DNA from: Octopus sinensis
Lineage: Eukaryota
Assembly (NCBI RefSeq): GCF_006345805.1
Contig: NC_043006.1
Location: 16,802,001-16,866,000 of the forward strand
DNA: 64,000 nucleotides
Direction: 5' to 3'
Made by a program: the position numbers and the translations under genes. The notes beneath the pieces are model-generated. The model did not search any database, had not been told where the DNA came from, and saw only the letters and a list, made by a program, of their open reading frames with translations. Numbering within the stretch: the stretch's first letter is position 1; the number at the start of each line of letters is the position of its first letter. Shown one piece after another: positions 13,251 through 25,243 of this stretch.

Positions 13251-14246
13251 AGCCCTCTCCCTATCCCACCCGTTGCTTTTTGCGCATTCTTGTTTTTGAT
13301 ATTCGTCTTCTACACATTTTTCTTATACCTATTAGACTGGCTTTTTTTTTGTGTGTGTGTGTGTGTGTGGTGACCGGGAGTTAAATTATATATCAACACT
13401 TATTGGTTAATAATTTGAACTCACAACATAAAGACGGACGAAATTCTGCTAAGCATTTTGTCCGGCGCGCTAACGATTTTGTCAGCTGGCGGCCTTCCGT
13501 TAATACTAAAAGAATTTAAAAGACGGTGCGACGATGAGTCTAGCAGAGCAAATAATTGTCTCTAATTTAAACAAAATACTATCAAATTTGAAGAGAAGGG
13601 GAATTGTCTATATATAAACCCCACTTTTTAGGCGAGTCCTTTATTTTATCGACTTCGAAAAGGATAAAAGGCAGGGTCGACCTTGGTAGCATTTTGAATG
13701 CAGAATGTAAAGAAAGAGTCGGAACAACTATTGACGTTCTAGCGATTCTCGTAATTCACCGCCCTCTCGCAGCGAGCTTCTAAATTAGGATTTTTGCGCA
13801 GGTAGCTTTCGATCCTGAAAAGATGAAAAGGATAGTTGGCCTCGGTAGGACTTGAACTCAGACAGTAAAAAAAAGCCGGGAAAGATACAAGGTATTTTGC
13901 CCGACGTTTTAACGATTCCACTAAACCACCACCGTGTAACATAATTAATAATTAAGGTAAAATTACTGTAATTTTACCATAATTAACTTCTATGATACCA
14001 TTTCATCCCACATTTGAAAACATTTCAGTTAAGTCGATGGTGCTTCTGAGAAAAGCCTCTATATTTCAACTCAAAATCAGTAGAAGCTCTTAGAGAAAAA
14101 AAGCAAGAATATATTTTTGAATAAAATATTTACGGAGTTAGTATATAGACTGTAGCCTTAACAGCAAAACAAGTTTACCGTTTTGTCTGTGTAATGTTTA
14201 GCTTGAACAAAAATAAAAGAAAGAGAGCAAAAACTATGGACAATAC

Positions 14247-14367
14247 CTGGATCAGACGTCAGAAGGGGTGCAACATCAATAACTTTGATGTTTGGTAAAG
14301 CATTTTGCACTAAACCGTGGAGATGTTTAATTTCACTAAGAATATGAACAGCTGCAACACGAGACAT
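14247..14367 (-). CDS. Candidate first coding exon of a second gene (MSRVAAVHILSEIKHLHGLVQNALPNIKVIDVAPLLTSDP|G)
   Basis: ATG in gtaaacATG context (A at -3), 40 codons + 1 nt, then a CAG|gtattg donor. Non-repetitive, CpG-retaining surroundings. No downstream exon was found in the window. Confidence 0.45.
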
Positions 14368-14750
14368 GTTTACTTCGCTAATAAGATAACGACTCTTCTA
14401 TGAAACATAAACGTTATGTGAAACTCTTCCCAGAGCAACCTCCCTTTACTTCTTCACGCAAATAGACCGGTGTATGTGCGCCAGTGTGGACTTGTGCGTG
14501 TGCCCGCCCAAGTGTATGGATGTGTGTATGTGTGTGCGCGGCAGTAAATGTATCCGTGAGTGTGTGTGGGTAATGGACATTTGAGTGTTATAAGTCTACG
14601 AAAGGTTACAAAGGGTTTTTAAAAAAACGGACAAAACCCTTTGTAACCTTTCGTCCTGTTTTGTCCCTTTATGTTTCCTAATCATGTTTGTCAGCCCTTG
14701 TGGCCAATAAAAAGAATTAATTATTATTATTATCATTATTATGATGATAG

Positions 14751-15555
14751 AGGCGGCTAGCTGGCAGAATCGTTAGCATGCCGGGCGACATGCTTAGTAG
14801 TATTTCGTCTGCTGCTACGTTCTCAGTTCAAATTCCGCCGAGGTCGACTTTGCCTTTCATCCTTTCGGGGTCGATAAATTAAGTACCAGTTTCGCACTGA
14901 GGTCGGTATAATCGACTTAATCCGTTTGTCTGTCCTTGTTTGTCCCTTCTGTGTTTAGCCCCTTGTGGGTAGTAAAGAAATAGGTATTTCATCTGCCGTT
15001 ACGTTCTGAGTTCAAATTCCGCCGAGGTCGACTTTGCCTTTCATCCTTTCGGGGTCGATAAATTAAGTACCAGTTACGCACTGGTGTCGATATAATCGAC
15101 TTAATCCGTCTGTCTGTCACCGTTTGTCTCCTCTGTGTTTAGCCCCTTGTGGGTAGTAAAAAAATAGGTATTTCGTCCGTCTGCACGTTCTAGGTTCAAA
15201 TTCCGCCGAGGTCGACTTTGCTTTTCATCCTTTCGGAGTCGGTAAAATAAGTACCAGTGAAATATGGTAATCGACTAGTCCCCTCCCCACAAATTTCAGG
15301 CCTTGTGCCTTTAGTAAATAGGATTATTATGATGGTAGAGGCAGGGAGCTGGGTGAATTGTTAGAACGCAAGACAATGCTTAGCGGCATTTCTTCCAACC
15401 GTACATTTTGAGTTTAAAACCTATCGAGGTCGACTTTGCCTTCCTGAGTCGATAAAATAAGGTACTAGTTCAACACTGGGGTTCATGTAATTTACTTAAC
15501 CCCACCCCCGAAATTGCTGGCCTTGTACAAAAATTTGAAACTATTATTATTATTG
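14751..15555 (+). mobile_element. Tandem cluster of four type-B SINE units (ggcggcgagctggcagaatcgttagc head; gtcgactttgcctttcatcctttcggggtcgataaattaagtacc core)
   Basis: Units at about 14751-14982, 14983-15166, 15167-15330 and 15335-15555; the middle two lack the A-box half of the head. Confidence 0.9.
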
Positions 15556-15619
15556 GGAAGAGCGATAGGTCGACGACGGCAGCGGACTTTAGTTCACACC
15601 TGGATGGCCTGCTACGGTT

Positions 15620-17210
15620 CCTGGCAGCAGACGAGAGCTTCGGCGAAAAGCCAATAATGGCCACTGAAATACAAGAGACGATGAGCAATTGCACAAGTCA
15701 CAAATCACCAAATTATGGATGGTTTGCCCTATGAATTCTATGTATTCACGCCAGATTTGTTTGATGGCCTCTTGGCAGATGTCTACTGCAAATGGTAACA
15801 GCAGGAGAATTCCTAGTACTGTTAGCCGGGGTGTGGTGTGACTGCTGATGAAGGATGCCAACAATGGGGACGTGCTTGAGAATTTTCTGCCCATAACTCC
15901 GCTAAACACAGAGTTTAAGATATTGGCCAAGGTTAGCAAATAGGTGAGCGCTTTTCGTTGGTAGTCTGGTCGGGGAAGCACAAACCTGCGCAATCCCGAA
16001 CAGGTTTATCCACGACAACCTCCACCTTATGCAGTACATCATCGAAAGGGTTGGGACTAAAGCTGGCTTCAGTGGGGTCATGATCAATTCTGATCAGTCG
16101 AAAGCATTTGATAGGGTCAACCATTGCTACTTGGAAGCTGTTTTCGGACCCTTTTCCAGAGGCTGGATCACTGTAATGCACAGTGGCATTTGCTCAGTGG
16201 CCAAAGTAAACAGCCATCTATCGGAACCATTTGGCATCGCACGCTTGTTCCATCAGGGCTGCCCGCTGTCTCATCTTCTGTACATGGTAGCTCTTGAGCT
16301 GCGGAAGTTGGAACAGTTGAGGAGCATCTTTTTTGAACTGGGACACAGGAGGACAGTTTCAGTATACACGGACGACGTTACTGTCATGCTGTCAGACGCC
16401 TCCGAAGTGGAGACGGTCAGCTCTATTCTAAAGGAATACGAGTCGCTTGCAAGGGCCAAAATCAACACCAACTTGCACCTTGGTTAGCGATTGAGCACAC
16501 AGAGAGGTAGAACGATGCCGTCGGACACTGGGCTGATTGACCTGTTAAACTGCTCAGGGTTTGGTTCGGTCTCAACCACCAGGTGGATAAGAACTGGGAC
16601 AAGGTGATGAGCAGGGTGGTCAAGTCTTATCCAGAAAATGGACAGAGAGGAAGCTATCTTTGAAACTTCGAGTAGAGATGGCGAATGCCCATATCGCCTC
16701 CGTCATCATTTGTGCCTTGCCCCAGCTACTGCTAGATCGGGTTGGAGCGTTTCTTGTGGAAGGGACGCGTTCCAAAAATCAGGCGATCAGTCTGCTGCCA
16801 GCTACCACTGGGTGATGGCTTAAGCATTCTGTGGATTTTGATGCACAGACACATTCAGGTTGCACCACATGCAACGATTTCTAGACGGTAAACGTGTGCT
16901 GGTTCTGCTTGTGAGGAACATCTTTCTGCTACTCATCTTTTTGGCAGAGCTGCATTCCTGGGGTGCCTAGCACCGTGAATGTCAAGCGCTCTCTGTTCTC
17001 TATCAGTCGGGCAATAGGATCGGTGGATATTTCACTTTAGCTCAATATATGGAGGAATAGTGGGGGAGAAGTGCAACGACGTCCTCAGGGAGACCGGACG
17101 AAGCTGAAAGGAATGAGGACAGGGACGTTCCTCTTTGGTAGAGCCCTCATCAACTTTTTAAAGTTTCACTTGAAAAAGAATGCAAGGGTGGAGAAGGAGA
17201 TGCTGTCCTT
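15620..17210 (+). mobile_element. Tx1/L1-clade LINE RT relic
   Basis: DGLPYEFY, LLNTEFKILAKV, DQSKAFDRVNHCYL, QGCPLSHLLY, YTDDVTV; multiple frameshifts and deletions. Confidence 0.85.
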
Positions 17211-17505
17211 TCGGGTTCAATTAAATAAGTACCAGTTACGCACTGGGGTCGATATAATCGACTTAATCTGTTTGTCTGTCCTTGTTTGTCCCCACTGTGT
17301 GTAGCCCCTTGTGGGTAGTAAAGAAATATGTATTTCTTCCGGCACCTTACGTTCTGAGTTCAAATTCTGCCGAGGTCGACTTTGCTTTTTATCCTTTTGG
17401 GTTCGATAAATTAAGTACCAGTGAAACTGGGAACAATGTAATTGACTCATCCTTCTCCCCCAAATTTCAGGTTTTGTGTCTTTAGTAGAAAGGGCTATTA
17501 TTTCT
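17211..17505 (+). mobile_element. Type-B SINE fragments in tandem
   Basis: Same core and tails as 14751-15555. Confidence 0.85.
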
Positions 17506-18184
17506 TTCTGTGTTTGGTGTCTATCTTCATCCTTTACCACTCCTCCTTTCCTTTTTGTCCCACAAGCTCGCTTAGCACTTCTTCACCAAACTGTCACCCT
17601 CCATTCACATCATTGTCCAGAACAGCTCAGTGTTACTGCACACTGCATCTGATTCCTCTTATACCCAGGTTTTCTTTCAAGCTCATCTGTACTTCGTAAC
17701 ATTGTACATCCAACAGAATATACTCACCTCATTTCTTTCTAGCTTTCCACTCGTCCTCATCATTCAATGCCCATGTTTTTGCTAGCATGCAACATCACCC
17801 TTCACTCGTGGAGAAAATCCTTTTGTTACCAACAGACATAATAACTCACTGAACTTTCTCAACACAGTTCTTACTCTGGCTGCAATGCTTTCAGGGCATT
17901 ACCTCTGTCGATTAGGCCACCTTGCTATTACCAGCTCCCAGCTACGTCTAGGAGCATTTTAATGTATTTACATTTTGGCTGTTCTTATCTCGAAGTACTC
18001 CTATGCATCTAATACATATGAAGTCCTTCTCTTGTCAGCGTATCTGTGATCTAACTACGTTACTTGTGCACTCGTAGCTACTAGACTACTATGTGTGTGT
18101 AATCGTCTATGGTCATCGTATCATGTTCCTACATAGAGACCTGTTTCGTGTGTATGTAATCTATCAAAAGTCTCTTAATAAATA

Positions 18185-18405
18185 CCTATTTCTTTATTGC
18201 CCACAAGGGGCTAAACATAGAAGGGACAAACAAAGAGATTAAGTCGATTACATCGACCCCGGTGCGTAACTGGTACAAAATTTATCAACCCCGAAAGGAT
18301 GAAAGGCAAAGTCAACCTCGGCGGAATTTGAACTCAGAACGTAGCGCCAGACAAAATACTTCTAAGCATTTCACCCAGAGTACTAACGTTTCTGCCAGCT
18401 TGCCG
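18185..18405 (-). mobile_element. Type-B SINE
   Basis: Reverse complement of the 14751-14982 unit. Confidence 0.88.
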
Positions 18406-18673
18406 CCTTCTTTTAATGAATGCCGAAGACCATCTAAGCAAATTTTCTTAATTGGTTGTATTAAACCAGTTACTTTCATAAACTTGGCTGATCTGTTTGA
18501 TGTTTCCTTTCCAGTTATTTCTTTCTACAGCCACTCCCCACGTCGCCCTTACAACAGTTAAGGATAGTACTGCACTTCTTGTACCACTCAACTGACTAAC
18601 GCAACCTACTTTGCTAAGTATTTTCAGCATATTACTAACTACCCCTGCCTCCAGACCCTTAATGCCTTTTTCA

Positions 18674-19049
18674 GTGGAGGCGCAATGGCCCAGTGGTTAG
18701 GGCAGCGGACTCGCAGTCGTAGGATCGCGGTTTCGATTCCCAGACCGGGCGCTGTGAGTGTTTATTGAGCGAAAACACCTCCGGCAGGGGATGGTGGTGA
18801 TCCCTGCTGTACTCTTTCACCACAACTTTCTCTCACTCTTACTTCCTGTTTCTGTTGTACCTGTATTTCAAAGGGTCGGCCTTGTCACACTCTGTGTCAC
18901 GCTGAATATCCCCGAGAACTACGTTAAGGGTACACGTGTCTGTGGAGTGCTCAGCCACTTACACGTTAATTTCACGAGTAGGCTGTTCCGTTGATCGGAT
19001 CAACCGGAACCCTCGTCGTCGGAACCGACGGAGTGCTTCCAAAAAAAAA
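18674..19049 (+). mobile_element. Type-A tRNA-derived SINE with 13-bp TSD
   Basis: Head gtggaggcgcaatggcccagtggttagggcagcggactcgc..ggtttcgattccc (A and B boxes); TSD aatgcctttttca at 18661-18673 and 19050-19062; 16-nt internal deletion at 18780. Confidence 0.93.
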
Positions 19050-19489
19050 AATGCCTTTTTCAGCAGTATAACTACTAATTTCAATAGTTGGTCCTTATTG
19101 AGTTCACTTAAGGTTCTTCATCACATCAAGTGTGACAATCTACTTGTAGCAGTCATCTCTCTCTCTTGCATTTTCCTCAATCAATAACATCTTGTAACAA
19201 CATTTTCATGCCGCTTTCTTCCCAGTAAGAGTACCACTATCATTATGTATTCACTTTTTACCGAGGGTTCTCTCAATTTATACCAGCACACTGCTTCGCA
19301 ATCCACACCTCTTATTCTCAGGTAACTTGCTAAATACACCTGACATATCACTTTTCTTCTAGTTACCTGTTATTGCTTTTTGTGCTCCCATTTCCACCCC
19401 AATTCTTCCAAGCCTGTCCCTTAGCTTTTATGCCTCTATCTACTGTACCATTCAACCATATTAATTTCCACAACTCTAAAAAGTGGCTC

Positions 19490-19830
19490 ACAGGAGTTTG
19501 TTTTCAAAGAAACTCCCTGTTGTTGTCTGTGCTATAGGTCTTGTTCTCCAGTTTGACATGACTTCAGGAAACATTTTTTCACACTGAGAGTTGCTGAAGC
19601 GTGGAACAAACTGCCGGCATCGGTTGTTAGTTGTCGGAGCACTGCATCCTTCAAGACTTCCATGCTTCCTGAGATTCGCCAACACTACACTTGATTTTCT
19701 CCCCTCCATACACACACAGGCATGTTCACTTTCCAGACATTTCTACATTACTGCATGTACTTTATATGCACTTTCTGACAAGTTGTGGTGCACCTGAGCA
19801 CTGTATACAATAATTTCATTATTATTATTA
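19490..19830 (+). mobile_element. CR1/L2-like LINE 3' end with (ATT)n tail
   Basis: Translates RHDFRKHFFTLRVAEAWNKLPASVVSCRSTASFK, then a 3'UTR and attattatta. Confidence 0.8.
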
Positions 19831-20107
19831 TACACATAACCTGGTACTTTTGGAACTCCCATTTCTTTCTACTCTAGATTGTCTTGTGAATCTGGGTATA
19901 ACTCATACTCTAATACCACTAATCACGTGTCAAATGGTAGTCTTACCCGGAGAAAGACAATCACAACAATATTAACACATTTTTTTTTTATAGGAAATAG
20001 TCTACCTGCCTTGTGTTCACTTGAATGACAGGTGATTGGTCATTTCCACCAATGGCCATAACCTCCATCTACATTGAAATAATTATCGTGATGTTGAATA
20101 AAGTAAA

Positions 20108-20460
20108 AGAGTGTGGCCAAGTGGTTAGGGTACTGCACTCACGGTCACAAGACCATGGTTTCAATTCCCAGACCTGGTGGTGCATCGTGCTCTTGAGCAA
20201 AACACTTCATTTCACATTCTCTGCAACGGATTCGTGTCCCGTTCAGTGGGCAACATTATGGTCTTCGTCACCCACACATCACGAAAACTGGGTAACTGGC
20301 CGGACAAGTCTGAGGCCATGGGACAGATGATGATGCTGAACATGTCAAAGTCACCAACCGTGACAAAGAGGTTGTTGCCATCAGTTATCAATGCAATCTG
20401 TTTGTCTCATAAAAAACAAACCCGTGCTAGCGCGGAAAACGGACGTTAAACGATGATGAA
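20108..20460 (+). mobile_element. CORE-like SINE with RTE-type tail
   Basis: tRNA-like head gtggccaagtggttagg..gtttcaattccc, gtgctcttgagcaaaacacttcatttcac core, tail aacccgtgctagcgcggaaaacggacgttaaacgatgatga. Confidence 0.7.
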
Positions 20461-20881
20461 TAGAGATCAAATGTTGCTTAATCTGTCATGTACACTGGTT
20501 GGGTGGTTAAGAAGTTCAATTCCCAGCCACTTAGTTTCAGATTCAATCCCACTAAATTGCACTTTTACGATAACCCTGGGCCAACTAAACCCTTGCAAGA
20601 AGATCTGGTGAATCGGAAACTGAAAGAAGCTTATCATGTATATAAGAGTGAGTGAGCGAGTATGTGAGCACACGATTGTCTTGACATTGCACAATAATTG
20701 TAAATAAATGTTGCCATCATGCAAGTAGCGTTATTCGTTTCCAATCATCCATAACAGGTCCAACCATGAGGAAGTATTACCTCGCTTGGGAATAGGTGTG
20801 AGTTGGCAAAAACAAAGGCATCCAGCTGTAGAAAATATCACAATGAACTCCATCTGACTCGTGTAAACATTGAAAGGGAAT

Positions 20882-21088
20882 GTTAGTTAGTTAGTTAGTT
20901 AGTTAATTTGGCTCAAAAGCAAATAGCAAGGCCATGTAGGGGGACATGGAGTTAAGTACAGGGTGGTGTTCATGTAAAGAGTTCAGGCCACTTGAGGTCA
21001 AGGGAGGCTTTGAACAAAGCAGTCGTCGGCATCTTCACCATCTCGTCTGGCAGCTTGTTCCACGGATCCGCAACCCGGACGGAGAAAG
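20882..21088 (-). mobile_element. CR1-like LINE 3' end with (TAAC)n tail
   Basis: Minus strand translates FSVRVADPWNKLPDEMVKMPTTALFKASLDLKWPELFT*; (gtta)n at 20882-20905. Confidence 0.8.
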
Positions 21089-21701
21089 CTCAAACCAATG
21101 ATGGCTTCTCCATCAACAATATGCTGAACCCACCAACTCTAGCATTGTCCTAGTATTCCTTGCCCACAAGGAAACTGTCTGATGGTCATTATTTTACCAA
21201 GTACACATCTACTCAACTCCAATGAAGCACCACTACAAGCAATCTCTTCAGGTTTACATTTAACGTCCACTTCTTTCATACACCAGACAGAATTCATTAA
21301 GATATTTTCTACAGTTGGATGCTTTTGTTGTGTCGACTCTAACCTGTTTCCCAACAAAGCAAGGTAACAGAAATGGTAAATTTTTCAAAAAGAGCTACAA
21401 TGTTAAAACTGAAATGGCTGGTCAAGGCTTCTTTCCAGATTCCATAGTGTGGAGAAACAGAGTAACTGAATTAAGGAATGTAGAAATTTTGTACCCTTTA
21501 CTTATTTAAATCATTGGACTACAGCCACATATGAGCATCATCTTGAAGGGCGTAGTCGAACAAATAGACTCCAGTACTTCTTTTTAACCTGGTACTTACA
21601 CTGTCAGTCTCTCTTTTGCAAAACCAATAAAGTTACAGGAATGCAAACAAACCAATACCAGTTGTCAAATGGTGGTGAAGGACAAACAGAAAGAGAGAGA
21701 G

Positions 21702-21732
<31 letters not shown>

Positions 21733-21763
21733 ATATAAATATGTGTGTGTGTGAGTGTGTGTG

Positions 21764-21809
<46 letters not shown>

Positions 21810-21810
21810 A

Positions 21811-21851
<41 letters not shown>

Positions 21852-22890
21852 CTTCTTTCAGTTTATGTCTACCACATTCACTCACAAAGATTTGGTCAGT
21901 CCAGGGCTATAGTAGAAGATACTTGTCAAAAGGTACCACACGGTGGGACCGAACCTGAAACTATGTGATTGAGATGGAAGCTTGTTATCAAACAGCTGTA
22001 CCTGTGCCTTCATGGAAAAAATTTTAACTGGTAAAAGTCATGAGTTGGAAAGAGACGACAACAGGATTTAGGACAAGCTACAGAAAGTGAAATAGAATTC
22101 TAAGAACAATAACAGTGAGATAGGTCTGAAGGGGATGGTCTGGTTACTTGAAACACAGGTACTTGTAAATAATAAAATAACAGGTCCAGGTCACAGATTA
22201 ATTAGGGATGATTATTTATAAAAGTTACCTAACATTGAAGCTGAAATAATACACTTGTATCCCAAATGACTTGGATCTTTCAAAAAAAAAAGATCCATAT
22301 GTTTTACTGTGCTTTTCTAGCACAGGAACATTCTTGGCTCTCCTGACAAACTAATCTAGGTATGGATACCAAGTTTAAAAAAAATTTTTTTAACTTATAA
22401 AGTTCCCAAAAATATTTAGCCCTGGAACTGGTGTTTTTGCTTAATCCTTTCATTACCATATTTCTGTAGAAATTTACTGCCTTTGTTTCAATCAGTTTTG
22501 AAAATAAAGAATTTACTAATATTTTGTATGGTGTTTGGAACATTGATTTCAAATTCTGCCACAAGACTAGCAATTTTGGGGGTGGAGTGAAGTCAGTTAC
22601 ATCGACCCCAGTATTTAACTGGTATTTATTTTATCAACCCTGAAAGGATGAAAGGTAAAACTGACCATGGCAGAATTTGAACTAAGAGCATAAAGGCAGA
22701 CAAAATGCCGCTAAGCAATTTGCCTGGAATGGCAATACATCTGTCAGCTTGCCGCCTCACAACATACATTAACATGAAATGTAGACATAAGGTCACTTTC
22801 AGATCATTTTCTATCATAGGACCAGTTTCAGAAAAATTTATATAAAGGTAAAAAAAGTGGCAAGTGGGGGGATTAACAGTAAAATTAAAA

Positions 22891-23265
22891 TGGATGGAAG
22901 CACTCCGTCAGTTACGACGACGAGGGTTCCGGTTGATCCGAATCAACGGAACAGCCTGCTCGTGAAATTAACGTGTAAGTGGCTGAGCACTCCACAGACA
23001 CGTGTACCCTTAACGTAGTTCTCGGGGATATTCAGCGTGACACAGAGAGTGACAAGGCCGGCCCTTTGAAATACAGGTACAACAGAAACAGGAAGTAAGA
23101 GTGAGAGAAAGTTGTGGTGAAAGAGTACAGCAGGGATCACCACCATCCCCTGCCGGAGCCTCGTGGAGCTTTAGGTGTTTTCGCTCAATAAACACTCACA
23201 ATGCCCGGTCTGGGAATCGAAACCGCGAGTCCGCTGCCCTAACCACTGGGCCATTGTGCCTCCAC
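22891..23265 (-). mobile_element. Type-A SINE with 11-bp TSD
   Basis: TSD taaaattaaaa at 22880-22890 and 23266-23276. Confidence 0.92.
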
Positions 23266-23649
23266 TAAAATTAAAAAGAAACAGGCAGAAAACAGAGCCC
23301 TGGAGAACACCTGCCTCTGAAGATTAAACTTTGACTTGATAAAAAGGTTGTAATCAGGGATTCATAAGAACACAAACAACAGAGATATTCAAGAAGACAC
23401 AATAAGTTGAATTCTAGAAATTTCTTAACATGTAAACAAATAAAAATTAAAAAAAATAAATAAAAAGTTCACAGAATTTCTTTAATCGTCATTTTTCACC
23501 ATTTTTTTTTTTTTTAAATCTTTACTTTTCATTTTTTTTTTTTTTATCACAGTAATTTGGAAATGTGAAGCGACACAAACCAGGCTTTAGGTTTAAGATT
23601 TTAGTTTTTTCAAAAGTTAAAAACACTAGACAGGAAGAAGTATGAAAAA

Positions 23650-23690
<41 letters not shown>

Positions 23691-23789
23691 AAAAAGAGTT
23701 GGGGAACCAATTTTAAGATTTTTTTTTTTTCTTTTTTCCTATTACTTTGTATCAGCTGACAGAAAGGGGAAAGTGAGTCCTGTTTACTT

Positions 23790-23795
23790 TTTATT
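23790..23795 (-). terminator. Candidate polyadenylation signal AATAAA for UBE2O
   Basis: Minus strand reads tttgtacagaattatttacAATAAAaag (UGUA upstream), about 2.1 kb past the stop; other sites are possible. Confidence 0.3.
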
Positions 23796-24072
23796 GTAAA
23801 TAATTCTGTACAAATTTTACACATTATAATAATATATCATATAGGAAACGAGTAAATGTGTGTATGTGTGCGAGAGTGTGTGTGTGTGTATATGTGCATG
23901 CATGTGTGTAATTTGAACAGATACATGTGAATGAGTATCATATATACATTCTCAACCACATCAAGACACAAAAACACACATGTTATTTTAAATGTTCAAA
24001 CACACCAAATATGACTTAAAATATGCTTAAGTATACACAAAGACCATTATATATATATATATATACTATAAC

Positions 24073-24107
<35 letters not shown>

Positions 24108-24127
24108 TATAATATAATATATATTTA

Positions 24128-24396
24128 CTATACCATATATGTATATATACTATAACAAAATATATATATACACTATACCATATATGTATATATACTATAA
24201 CAAAAAATATATATACACTATACCATATATGTATATATACTATAACAAAAATATATATACACTATACCATATATGTATATACTATAACAAAATATATATA
24301 TACACTATACCATATATGTATATATACTATAACAAACTATATATATACACTATATCATATGTATATATACTATAACAAAATATATACACTATACCA

Positions 24397-24405
<9 letters not shown>
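24128..24405. repeat. AT-rich minisatellite, unit of about 41-45 bp (ctataccatatatgtatatatactataacaaaatatatatataca), about 6 copies
   Basis: Direct inspection. Confidence 0.9.
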
Positions 24406-24433
<28 letters not shown>

Positions 24434-24960
24434 TATATCATAATATATATTATATATAATACATATACTATATATATATACAATACATATAATATATTAT
24501 ATATAAATATATGTAATATAACATATGCACCTATACACAAACATACACAAATATACACATACAAATACATATGTAAATACACACACATGCACCCCAATTG
24601 GTCTTATAATACACACACACACACATATAATTTTATTTATTTTCCATTAAACCAAAAGGAATTAAGAAAATACTTTCAAATATAGCTCTGAAATAATCAA
24701 ATAGGAAAAAAAATCAACACCCTTAAACTGAATGAGCCCCGAGTCGAATAACCAGCAGGGCTCAAAAAGGCTTGTTTTTTTCTTTTCTTTTTATATATAT
24801 ATTTTGCCATGAACCATTAGAGGTCAAAATTGTAGAAAAGAAGAGGACCAATCATTTCACTGCTCTCTCTATCACAATCATTTGGTTTAGGTATCTTTTG
24901 TTATACACTTTTTGTTAGTTGAATTTCAAGTAAAACTATATATGTTTTTGTGTGTGTGTG

Positions 24961-25078
24961 CTGTCATTTTATTTAACACTGCCATAAAGAAATATCAAGG
25001 ACAATTGCAAAAATTAAAATAGGCCAGCAGCTATTTTAATGTGAATTTACAGTGTTCTTAGTTGAGTGAGGATTCTGT

Positions 25079-25109
<31 letters not shown>

Positions 25110-25243
25110 CTGTCATTTTATTTAACACTGCCATAAAGAAATATCAAGGACAATTGCAAAAATTAAAATAGGCCAGCAGCTATTTTAATGTGAATTTACA
25201 GTGTTTCTTAGTTGAGTGAGGATTCTGTGTGTGTTTGTGTGTG
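24961..25243. repeat. 149-bp tandem duplication bounded by (GT)n tracts in the presumed 3'UTR
   Basis: ctgtcattttatttaacactgcc.. starts at 24961 and again at 25110; the copies differ by a 1-nt indel and in GT-run length. Confidence 0.95.

Noticed and set aside
18674-18750. tRNA-like sequence with A and B boxes
   Set aside because: It lacks a full acceptor stem and continues into a SINE body with TSD, so it is a SINE head rather than a tRNA gene.
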